From Squalus acanthias (lineage: Eukaryota): a DNA stretch of 64,000 nt. Of the stretch, positions 35,351 to 45,834 are shown piece after piece. How positions within the stretch are numbered: the first letter of the stretch is position 1; the number at the start of each line of letters is the position of its first letter. The stretch is from NCBI GenBank assembly GCA_030390025.1, contig CM059431.1, positions 104,472,001 to 104,536,000 of the forward strand, written 5' to 3'. A model generated the notes under the pieces. The model did no database searches. It saw nothing but the letters and a program-made list of their open reading frames with translations, and was not told the origin of the DNA. Position numbers and translations under genes: made by a program.

Positions 35351-36629
35351 CATTTTTATTGCACCTTTCCCCCCTCACCAAATTAAAGCCTAGAAATTGC
35401 TGTTGCTGGCTTAACTGAGCGTTACTGTAGGTTTTTGAGAGGTAGGAAGGAAAGCTGCTCAACACCCGATTTCACTGGCTTCAGTCGATGCGTGCTAAAA
35501 CATGCACTTTGACACCTCCACAGCCGGGACCGATTGCCATCCCACCCCAGCCAGGAGTACCTGGTGCAAAAGGAAAGGAAGGAAGGCAGTAACAGAAAGG
35601 GTGATTTCACTCTCTTGCACCCACAAGACCTGGAACGATATCAGGAACAAGACGTCAGGCTTGAAGGGATCTGCTCGGGTAAGCCTGACAAGCACTTACC
35701 ACAAGTAAACATGCACCACCGGTGCCATACATTAACTTGGCAATATCATTTACTTTTTCCTTAAGTACCTTTTATGCTGACAATAACAAGCTAAACTAGC
35801 CTAGTGAGCATCTTACACAGTAAGAAAGGACTTGCAGAGCCTTAAGTCCAAGCATAAATGATATGCTCAAATCCTAAAATAAGACTTGAACTTACAACCT
35901 TCTGACTCAAAAGACAAGATTGCCATCAGCTGAGCCAAGTTGATGCTTGCGCTAGTCTCAGACACTATCATTGCTCATCAGACTTTTGGACCATTGGAGA
36001 TTCAATCCCCAAATGTTCTGATTACTTTTGTCGCCTAATTGGATTTTTACACTGGAGATATTTCCCTACTGTATTATGATAGTACAATTACGGCAGCATA
36101 TAGGAGAACACTCTGACAAAACTGTAACCAGACTTGTCAGACCCCAAGTCTTCAGAATCATTAGGTACCATACCATACCAAAAGCAAAACTCTTAATTCT
36201 GATATTAGAGTTATTTGAATACAAACAGAACTTTTGAGAAACTAGTGAGGCATTATCCATGTATCAGTCTCTTGCAAAGAGATAGTACTGAAAAACAAGG
36301 TACAATCAGGGATTGTAGCTACGATTCTGTAAGGAACTTGTATCTTTTTCAGAAGAATGTCAAGCCTTGCTACGTCTGTTTGATCGATTGTCGAAATCCA
36401 AAAACAACAACGAGCTATTAGTGGCGTTCTTAAGAACTTGCACTTATTCAGTACTTTTAACACAGCAAACATCTGTGGTCAGGCTTATTGCAGGGTAGGG
36501 TGAGGCGTTAGCGGAGAGAATCAAAGAGGTAGGCATTCGGAAGCTCTTGAAGGCAAGGAATGATACATCAAGATGGAGGATGAAACAAGAGAATCCAGAG
36601 TACAAGTGCCAGATGTTGGGAAGGAGGTA

Positions 36630-37100
36630 AAAGGAAGACTTGCATTTATATAGCGCCTTTCACGACCACCGGACGTCTCAAAGCGCTTTACAGCCAATGA
36701 AGTACTTTTTGAAGTGTAGTCACTGTTGTAATGTAGGAATCGCGGCAGACAATTTGTGCACAGCAAGCTCCCACAAACAGCAATGTGATAATGACCAGAT
36801 AATCTGTTTTTGTTCTATTGGTTGAGGGATAAATATTGGCCCCAGGACACCGGGGATAACTCCCTTGCTCTTCTTTGAAATAGTGCCGTGGGATCTTTTA
36901 CATCCACCTGAAAGAACAGACGGGGCCTCTGTTTAACGTCTCATCCGAAAGAAGGCACCTCCGACTGTGCAGCACTTCCCTCAGCACTGCAATGGGAGTG
37001 TCGGCCTAGATATTGTGCACAAGTCTCTGGGGTTGGGACTGTGAACCCACAATCCTTCTGACTCAGAGGCAAGGGTGCTACCCACTGAGCCACGGCTGAC
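36630..37100 (-). mobile_element. SacSINE1-type SINE, full length
   Basis: A box, Deu core and L2-like tail. Confidence 0.9.
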
Positions 37101-37112
37101 ACCCTAAGAATA

Positions 37113-37275
37113 AAAATGAGAAGTCGCACAACACCAGGTTATAGTCCAATAGATTTATTTAAAATTACTAATTTTAAATTAGTAATTTTAAATAAATCTG
37201 TTGGACTATAACCTGGTGTTGTGCGACTTCTCATTTTTGTCCACCCTAGTCCAACGCCGGCATCTCCGCATCATG
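37113..37275 (+). mobile_element. Fold-back Penelope-like insertion (second family)
   Basis: 63-bp inverted arms with one mismatch and a 1-nt spacer, followed by a 37-nt unpaired tail. 12-bp TSD ACCCTAAGAATA (37101-12, 37276-87). Confidence 0.72.
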
Positions 37276-38149
37276 ACCCTAAGAATAGTGTGTAAGAGGA
37301 TTGTGTAAGAGTTTGGTGACTGGAGGAGGCACTGGCCTGCACCAGAGACTGGGTACGTTGAAAAGACCATTTTACTGCAATGTGAATTGCTCTTCTAATG
37401 CTACGAGCTAGCTTGGCTACGGATTTCTGGAACAGCTCCATCTGGTGTGCAGGTTCAGAACTGACCTGTATCTTTACACCAACGAAGCAGGAGTCACTGG
37501 GGAGATGAAAGCACGCAGACAGCAAGCACTGATGTTATAAATAAAGCGGCTTGTTTGGAAATGCAGATTCTGAGTGCTCCTTGCGGGCGTGAAATACAGG
37601 GAGATAAAACGTTATGTCAGATGTCTAACGATTCTGCACAAATTCAAAGAAAAGGGAAAAAAAAGGCTGAACGAGGCTACATTACAATTCACCGGGGGCT
37701 CGTGAAGCAAATACGGGAGGCAACAAAAAACATAAGTTGCTTTGAAACCTGAAAATTCTGATTCCATTGCCTCTCTATTGCAGAAAGTGCTAAACAATTG
37801 ATTAAAGTTAATTCTTCAACCACCACCTGCTACGGAGGTTCAAAAGAATAAAGAAATAAGCTGGAGTGGGTTCCCTCATTGTCCATTTCTATTATGGTAT
37901 CAACCTTAGATCAGGGAGCATAATGAGGAATAGCTGCAGTGATATCTGATTGATAAAGATGAGGTCATAAAAATTACATTGCTGCTCCTAGTTATACAGC
38001 ACCACGCAGCTTGCTGGAGTCCCAGAAGAAGGCACCCTCGCAGTGGTATTCCACGCCAGCGATGAGCACTGCAGCCCTAAGAGAAGCAAGACAATTGAGT
38101 GCTACAAATGTTTTACCTGCAATCAAGAGGCTGGAAAGCAAATGGAGCA

Positions 38150-38300
38150 AACCTACCTCTTTGACCAAGATTTTGGTCATCTGCCCTAATATCTCCTTAT
38201 GTGGCTCGGTGTCAAATTTTGTTCTATTACGCTCCTGTGCAGCGCCTTGGGACGTTTTACTACGTTAAAGGCGCTGTGTAAATGTAAATTGTTGTTGTTG
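38150..38300 (+). mobile_element. L2 3' UTR fragment
   Basis: AACCTACCTCTTTGACCAAG...TTAAAGGCGCTG...(TTG)n tail. Confidence 0.82.
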
Positions 38301-38911
38301 AGAAATGACAGCCAATTGAAAGTGTTAGGAGCTACCTGCAATTTGGGGAAATTGCATGAATCTTTGATTAGAGATTGGATCACCCGTGGAATCAGAGACT
38401 CGCAGTTGAGGGTGAGACTCCTTAGGAAGGCAGAATCAGGCTTAGTAATATATTTGCATGCGTGAGGAGCTTCCTAAAGAATGCACCAGAGCCATAAAGA
38501 ACTGAGTCACAGTCACATTCAAGGCATAAGGTGAGAATGCAGCCTAAGTATACCGTAAAATTCTATGATTTTATATGTCAGTATTGCAGCAGTAGTCATC
38601 AGTACAGTGGTGTAAGTGCCGTGGACAGGGCAAAATGGGAAAGGAAAAACATCTTGCACGGTGGCAGTTGTGTAGGAAATCCAGTCAATGGATCGTTTTA
38701 CCTCAGTATTATTGCAAGAAGCAGAAGTGGGTGAAATTTCATACCATCGCTGATATGGTCAAGTGAGCAAGTTCTGGAGATCGTTAGCCCTGTAGCCAGA
38801 AAGAGGAATGTAGCCCCAAACCAGATTTATGCTGCTATCTATATGAGCAACAAAACAGTTACATTTTTCAGACTGTAATGCAATATGGTCACAACCAAGC
38901 TTTGATAATGT

Positions 38912-39098
38912 GAAATAACAACAGAAAAGGCTGGAAAAACTCAGCAGGCCAGGCAGCATCCGTGGAGAGAGAAACAGAGTTAACGTTTCAGGTCGAAGAC
39001 CTTTCGTCAGAACTCTGATGCTGCCTGGCCTGCTGAGTTTTTCCAGCCTTTTCTGTTGTTATTTCGGATTTCCAGCATCCGCAGTATTTGCTATCGTA
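38912..39098 (+). mobile_element. Fold-back Penelope-like insertion with hammerhead
   Basis: Perfect 49-bp inverted arms (38912-60, 39017-65) and a 3' tail to 39098. 13-bp TSD TTTGATAATGTGA (38901-13, 39099-111). Confidence 0.8.
38975..39017 (-). ncRNA. Minimal type I hammerhead ribozyme
   Basis: Minus strand: CAGAGUU-CUGACGA-A-AGGUC-UUC-GACCU-GAAA-CG-UU-AACUCUG. Both conserved core boxes, stem I, stem II and a loopless palindromic stem III (AACGUU). Confidence 0.8.
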
Positions 39099-39246
39099 TT
39101 TGATAATGTGATGTAAGGTCACCCCAAGGTTTATGAGATGTTGAAAAGTGAATTTGGTGAACACAAAGAATGGCAAGAAATAGGTAGGAACACAGGAAAG
39201 TAACAGACTGAAATATCCATCTAACCAGACTAACACTAGTGTCTCT

Positions 39247-39720
39247 CAATCCTGGCATGAGAGGGTTGTCCTATGTGGAGAGAATGAGTAGAATGGGCCT
39301 GTATTCCCTAGAGTTTAGAATAATGAGTGGTGATCTCATTGAAACATATAAGATTCTGAGGGAGATTGACAGGGTAGATGCTGAGAGATTGTTTCCCCTG
39401 GCTGGAGAGTCTAGATCCAGGGGTCACAGTCTCAGGATAAGGGGTCGGCCATTTATGACTGAGATAAGAAGAAATTTCTTCACTCAGAGGGTGGTGAATC
39501 TTTGGAATTCTCTACCTCTGAGGGCTGTGGAGGCTCAGTCATTGAGTATATTCAAGACAGAGATCGATAGATTTTTGGACACTAGGGGAATCAAGGGATA
39601 TGGGGATAGTGCAGGAAAGTGGAGCTGTGGTGGAAGATTAGCCATGATCTTATTGAATGGCAGAGCAGGCTCGAGGGGCCGTATGGCCGACTCCTGCTCC
39701 TAATTCTTATGTTCTTATGT
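39247..39720 (+). mobile_element. CR1 LINE 3' fragment
   Basis: PGMRGLSYVERMSRMGLYSLEFR...RRNFFTQRVVNLWNSLP peptide. (TTCTTATG)n tail. Confidence 0.92.
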
Positions 39721-39814
39721 TCAATCACTCGCTCCCTCAGTCCATTTCACACAGTAATCATCCTCTGCATAAAATAGTTCAATATAAACTGTCTGTGCAA
39801 TTTTCTTCTTCTAA

Positions 39815-40275
39815 GAATTGAGAGGTTATACCTATCAGGAAAGATTGAAGAGGCTGGGGCTCTTTTCTCGAGAAAAGAGAAGGCTGAGGGGTGACCTTAT
39901 AGAGGTCTTTAAGATTATGAAAGGGTCTGATAGGGTAGACATAGAAAAGATGTTTCCACTTGTGGGGGAAACCAGAACCAGGGACCAGAAATATAAGATA
40001 GTCACTAATAAATCCAATAGGGAATTCAGGAGAAACTTCTTTACCCAGAGAGTGGTTAGAATGTGGAACTCGCTACCACAAGGACTAGCTGAGGCAACTA
40101 TTCATTTAAGGGGGCTGCTAGATAAACAGATGAGGGAGAAAGGAATAGAAGGTTATGCGGATAGGGTGAGATGAAGAAGGGTGGGAGGAGGTTTGTGTGG
40201 AGCACAAACACTGGCAGGGACCAGTTGGGCCGAATGAGCTGCTTCTGCGCTGCACATTCTATGTAACTCTATGTG
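39815..40275 (+). mobile_element. CR1 LINE 3' fragment
   Basis: RGYTYQERLKRLGLFSREKRRLRGDLIEVFKIMKG peptide and 3' UTR. Confidence 0.92.
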
Positions 40276-40575
40276 AAACTCGAAACTATGTCCCGTAGTT
40301 CTCGAGTCTCTGCTTCAACCCATCTACAGCTGAAAATCTCATCCATGTCTTTGTCACCTCCAGACTCGACTATTCCAATGCTCTCCTAGCCAGCCTCCCA
40401 TTCTCCAAGCTCTATCAATGTCAGTTTACCCCAATAGGTAGCGCTGGTAGCACTGGGAGCCCACCCTCGTCAGTATGAGTGCAACTTTTAGCGGGTGGAA
40501 GCGCTGCCCCAGTGCACTCTGGTGTGAATTCTACTCATTTCAAAAATCTAACCCAGAGCCTCTGACTTCCCTTTA

Positions 40576-41297
40576 AAGAAAGAACTTCCATTTATATAAC
40601 GCCTTTCATGACTTCAGGACGTCCCAAACTGCTTTACAGCCAATGAAGTACTTTTTGAAGTGTAGTCACTGTTGTAATGTAGGAAATGCAGCAGCCAATT
40701 TGCGCACAGCAAGCTCCCACAAACAACAACGTGATAATGGCCAGATCATCTGTTTAGTACTCTGTTTTTGTTATGTTGGTTGAGGGATAAATATTGGCCA
40801 GGACACCGGGGATAACTCCCCTGCTCTTCTTTGAAATAGTGACATGGGATCTTTTACCTGCGAGGGCAGATGAGGCCTCAGTTTAGAAATTTTTATGAGG
40901 ACTCTAACATGGGCAATAGCTGAAAGTACAATTCTTTACTGTGGCAAAGGATGTCAGCTGTAGGGCAAGCCTGTGGATTGCAGAAAGTGCACCAGTCTGC
41001 GAAGAAAGGTAGAGAGCTCGAAGCAAGAGACAGTTAGGGAACAGAACTATATAGCTCTTATCAGGTGTGAGAAAGGCAGAGACATGGAAACAAGTCTTTG
41101 ATATCTATAATCATTGCTGAGTATGTCAGACCTTAAAAATATCTGAAAGACGGAACCATCCAACAGCGTAGCACTCCCTCGGTACTGCACTTGGAGTGTC
41201 AGCCTAGATTTTGTACCCAAGTCTCATGAGTGGGACTTGAACCCACGACCTTCTTGACACAGAGCAGGAGTGCTACCCACTGCGCCAAGATTGACAC
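40576..41297 (-). mobile_element. SacSINE1-type SINE interrupted by a templated insertion
   Basis: The SINE core breaks at GCCTCAGTTTA (about 40885) and resumes ATCTGAAAGACGG (about 41141). Confidence 0.87.
40890..41142 (+). repeat. 253-bp direct duplicate of 42405-42657
   Basis: Ungapped match. I count 4 substitutions. Confidence 0.95.
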
Positions 41298-41420
41298 ACT
41301 GATATAAAGAACCCGTAAGGTAAAATAATCTAACTCTAACTCATTCTTATCTTAAATACATCATACAATAAGGAGTTATTTTAACCTTTTGCATATAGAT
41401 AAACGGCATCATTCCATACA

Positions 41421-41600
41421 ATAGCAAAATACTACGGATGCTGGAAATCTGAAATAACAACAGAAAATGCTGGTAACACTCAGCAGGTCAGGCAGCATCC
41501 GTGGAGAGAGAAAAACAGAAGTTCTGACGAAGGGTCATTGACCTGAAACGTTAACTGTGCTGCCTGACCTGCTGAGTGTTTCCAGCATTTTCTGTTGTTG
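41421..41600 (-). mobile_element. Fold-back Penelope-like insertion with hammerhead
   Basis: 42-bp inverted arms (41456-97, 41558-99, one mismatch). The 3' tail is at the left. Possible CATCATT duplication in the flanks. Confidence 0.78.
41520..41556 (+). ncRNA. Minimal type I hammerhead ribozyme
   Basis: AGUU-CUGACGA-A-GGGUC-AUU-GACCU-GAAA-CG-UU-AACU. Predicted cleavage after GUU at 41552. Confidence 0.8.
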
Positions 41601-41619
41601 TTGCAAGACATCATTGCTG

Positions 41620-42400
41620 AGTTTGCATTTGGCATAATGGGTGGAGTTGTGGGGACCATATTTCCAAAAGGACTTTAATCTGTTGGAAAAAGTTCAGGGA
41701 AAAGTGACAAGATGATTCAGGAAGATTCAAAGTTCTGAACATGTTCCTGAGGGGGGAAAAAAATGAGAGGATCTGTGAACTATACATTTAAAATGCTGAC
41801 AAGAGTGGATATAGAGATGAATGTAGGTTATTTAACTTGAAGTACAAATTTAGAGTTTGAATATTGAAATTCAATATCAACAAAACACAAACAAAACATC
41901 AAATTAGAAGACTTTCCCATTCTTCTCAGAGTAGTGGAGCTGTGAAATAGGCTCCCAACTAAGCCAGTTGAAAAGACCGAGGTGAATACCTGCTTTGCAT
42001 TAAGATTGCGGGTCACAGGATAGATACAGATAATTGAGTGCTATATGGGGCATGAAATAAAAATAGAAAATACTGGAAATACACAGCAGGTCCGTCTGCA
42101 TCAGTGTCTTCTCTTTATAGATGTTGATTCACCTGCTGTGTATTTACAGCATATTCTGTTTTTATTTCAGATTTCCTGCATTCGCAGTTTCTCCTTTTAT
42201 CGTTTTCCTGTATGAAATATGTTGGTTACTGAACTGCATGGGATCACGGGGTAACTCAACAAGGATGTAAAAATGTAAGATATAAGAGTTCAGTTTGATT
42301 TATGGTTGGGAAATCAGATGGTCAATGGGATTGTCCATGGGTTGGGGCAGAATAAAGCCCAATGGACTGAATGGGCTTTGCGATTTGAATGATCGCTCAT
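41620..42400 (+). mobile_element. Old, heavily degraded CR1 3' fragment
   Basis: Remnants such as PYFQKDFNLLEKVQGKVTR and SQRVVELxNRLP. CR1-like terminal GGACTGAATGGGC. Confidence 0.5.
42053..42211 (+). mobile_element. Older fold-back Penelope-like insertion, no hammerhead left
   Basis: Imperfect inverted arms homologous to the 38912 element. Duplicated ATGAAATA at 42052-59 and 42212-19. Confidence 0.65.
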
Positions 42401-42404
42401 GACT

Positions 42405-42657
42405 TTTTTATGAGGACTCTAACATGGGCAATAGCTGAAAGTACAATTCTTTACTGTGGCAAAGGATGTCAGCTGTAGAGCAAGCCTGTGGATTGCAGAA
42501 AGTGCACCGGTCTGCGAAGAAAGGTAGAGAGCTCGAAGCAACAGACAGTTAGGGAACAGGACTATATAGCTCTTATCAGGTGTGAGAAAGGCAGAGACAT
42601 GGAAACAAGTCTTTGATATCTATAATCATTGCTGAGTATGTCAGACCTTAAAAATAT
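42405..42657 (+). repeat. Donor copy of the 253-bp duplicated segment
   Basis: Matches 40890-41142 and runs on into non-repeat sequence. Confidence 0.93.
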
Positions 42658-42916
42658 ACAGAAAAGCATTGTCTTCTTTTTGTCCTGAGCTAACTTTGAG
42701 AGGATGCCATGCATTATAAAAGGAATTTGTTTTCTATCAAAGGGTAGCTTTGAGAAATGTGTGTTCTTTGCACAGTGCTTCACACACCGGAATAAATACT
42801 TGAATCTTACTCAATAAATTACTAAAGCCACTTGGCCCACCTTCCAACAGTTGACACTAAAACCCAACAAACCCTAGTTGTTCCATTCTAGTAAACTAAA
42901 GAGAAACCTCTTTATA

Positions 42917-43505
42917 AGAACATAAGAACATAAGAATTAGGAGCAGGAGTCGGCCATACGGCCCCTTGAGCCTGTTCCGCCATTCAATAAGATCATGGCT
43001 GATCTTCGAACTCAACTCCACTTTCCCGCCCGATCTCCATATCCCTTGATTCCCCTAGAGTCCAAAAATCTTTTGACCTCAGCCTTGAATATACTCAAAG
43101 ACTCAACATCCATAGCCCTCTGGGGTAGAGCATTCCAAAGATTCACAACCCTCTGAGTGAAGAAATTCCTCCTCATCTCGGTCTTAAATGGCCTACCCCT
43201 TATCCTGAGATTATGTCCCCTAGTTCTAGACACTCCAGCCAGGGGAAACAGCCTCTCAGCATCTACCCTGTCAATCCCCCTCAGAATCTTATATGTTTCA
43301 ATTAGATCACCTCTCACTCTTCTAAATTCCAGAGAGTATAGGCCTAATCTACTCGATCTCTCCTCATAGGACAACCCTCTCATCCCAGGAATCAATCTAG
43401 TGAACCTTCGTTGCACCGCCTCCAAGACAAGTATATCCTTCCTTAGATAAGGAGACCAAAACTGTGCACAGTACTCCAGGTGTGGTCTCACCAAGGCCCT
43501 GTACA
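42917..43505 (-). mobile_element. CR1 LINE 3' fragment, reading frame intact
   Basis: LYRALVRPHLEYCAQFWSPYLRKDIL...GYGDRAGKWS is uninterrupted. (TTCTTATG)n tail. Confidence 0.94.
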
Positions 43506-43683
43506 GAAATGTTTCTGAAATCATAATGGTAGAGATGGGGATCAAAGCACAGTGGAAGTCCCAAATCATGCCCTAAGTTCCCAGATTCCAAACTCAAAAG
43601 TTATGGTCTATTTGAATGGAGTAGCCCCATATCCTTGTCCTGTCTGACCCATGATTTGGCCTCAGACATGCTCGGCTAAATCC

Positions 43684-44665
43684 AGAATCATAGACCCATA
43701 GGGGTTTACAGCACAGAAAGTGGGTATTTGACCCATCGTATCTGTGCAGGCTCTTCGCTGGAGCAATCTCATCTCCTTGTGCTCTCCCCATAGTCCTGTA
43801 TCTTTCCCTGTGTCAAATATTTATCCACTTTTCCCTTAAAGATGCAAAGGTCTCGGACTCAACCATTCCCTGTGGCAAAGCATTCCACGCTTCAACAGCA
43901 CTCCGCATAAGGAATTTTCTCCTACCCTGCCTCATTATTTTTTTAGTGACAACTATAAACTGATGACCTCTCATCATGACTCCCCCACTGGAGCAAATAA
44001 TCTTGCCCTATCTATTCTATCAACACCTTTCATAACTTTAAAAACCTCTGTTAAATCTCATAACCTTCATTGGAAACACTCCCAGTACCTCAAATAACTT
44101 GTCGTAATTATAGTTTCCCATTCCTGGCATCATTGTAGGGCATCTGTGCTGTATGTTCTCTATGGCTTTAATGGTCTTCTATGATGGGCACCCAAAGCTG
44201 TGCACAGTACTCTACAGGTGACCTGACCAATGTTTAATACAGATTTACCATTAATATTTTTTCTTAATAAAGCAGAATGCTTTTGGCCTTTTTAATGGGT
44301 TCATCGACCTGCACACACTTTCAGGGAATGATATGTTTGAACCTCTTGGTCTGTCTGTTCAATCGCATCCTTAAGTGTCTCTTCATTGAGTGAATACTCT
44401 AATTTCTTGTTTTTTCTTCCAAAAGAACCTTACACCTCTCCACATTATACTCCACCTGCTACATGTCTGCCCATCAATGTCTTCCAAAAGTCTTCACATT
44501 CCTCCTAAGTATTAAACATAATTCTTGCTTTGTATCATCGGGATATTTCAAGATTTTCTCCCTCTGCCCAAATCCAACTCATCTATATATGCTGAGAGCT
44601 AAAGGGAACCCAGATCAGAACCATGGGACACACCACTTATAATCCTTCTTCAATCTGAACACCAC
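43684..44665 (-). mobile_element. Old CR1 fragment including RT remnants
   Basis: The reverse strand has SGVSHGSDLGSL (decayed GVPQGSVLGP), a KYPDDTK-like remnant and the CR1 3' UTR. Confidence 0.7.
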
Positions 44666-45479
44666 CAGAACAATTCACAACCTGAAGGAATGAGAGACTC
44701 CGCCCTTTAAATTGTTCACTTTCTGGGCCAAGAAGATTGAGTGGCAGTCACTAGTGATCATCACATCATTAAAAGGGTACATATGCTGTTAATTACTGGA
44801 CTTATCTTTCTGCGGTGAGTTTAATGAGCAATTAATGCGCAAATGCAGCATTTCTTGAAACTCATGGGGAGGTTGAAGGCGAGACGTCAATTTTGCAAAG
44901 CTAATGGCAGAGCGGCGCAAATCGTCCAGCAACTTGTGGCGATCTGCAATCCACGGGGTATCTCTTCCTCACCACAATATGTGGCTGATTTCCACATCAA
45001 TAACAGCGTGCGTCGTTCACACACCGTTATCTTTTCAACAGATTCTGGGTCATTCTTTCTGTTCAATTATTCATTTATCTTTTAATAAAATAGTGCGATT
45101 TCTTAACCTAAGCCACCATCTGGGGAAATATTTGTTCTACCGCCTCATGAAGTTGAGAAGACTCATGTTACGGCATGTGGTATAACTAGCAAGCCAAAAT
45201 ACAGCGAAGAGGGATTACTGTTGGAGCCCTGGGCTTGCTATGAATTCTGTGGTTATTGATAGGTATCTGGGATGGAGGGCTCACCGACAGTAGTGGTGTG
45301 AGATGCTGAACCTGATAAAAATATCTAAAGGCCCAAAAATGTAACAACATGATTCTCCTGATCAATCGCTACTATGAGATTTCAGCAGAAACAAAAACAG
45401 ATTGTCATCAAAGTACTGTGCTCTTTACTTAGGTTCTCTTTTCATTCATTTTACTCATCAATGGGTATAATATCTGCTT

Positions 45480-45830
45480 TCAACATCCCAGGTCAGGTAT
45501 AGCATAGCCAGATTCAGAGTAAAGATTTTTCTGTTATGATTTAACAATGTGTCTTAGCCACATCCTTGGAGAGCACACATTACTACATCATTGTGATTTT
45601 CTCCCTCACTTCCTAGCCCAGCTGTCCAATTGTCTGTTTAAGTGAGATTGATAGGTTCATGGAAATTTGTATAAGATTCTGAGCGGTTTTGTGCTGTAGG
45701 TCAACGTCAACTACAAATTGGGTTGCGATTATTGAAACCCATTTCATGCGTCTAAGAGAGGAAGGAGATTTTCATCTTATCATTCCGAATTGAATTCAGA
45801 CTCAGCTCCCAGAGGTGAAAGGACAGTATT
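45480..45830 (-). mobile_element. Degenerate LF-SINE-like element
   Basis: The reverse strand starts CCTTTCACCTCTGGGAG...GAATTCAA...TGAAATGGG and ends ATGCTATACCTG, as I recall for LF-SINE. Confidence 0.5.
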
Positions 45831-45834
45831 TCTT

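Noticed and set aside
35524..35592. Collagen-like GVPGAKGKEGRQ reading
   Set aside because: Only four G-X-Y triplets, ending in TAA with no suitable donor.
36353..36494. Open frame EECQALLRLFDRLSKSKNNNELLVAF... in phase with the 35524 candidate exon
   Set aside because: Its 3' half overlaps a decayed L2 tail (AACTTGCACTTATTCAGTACTTTTAACAC) and the donor is weak.
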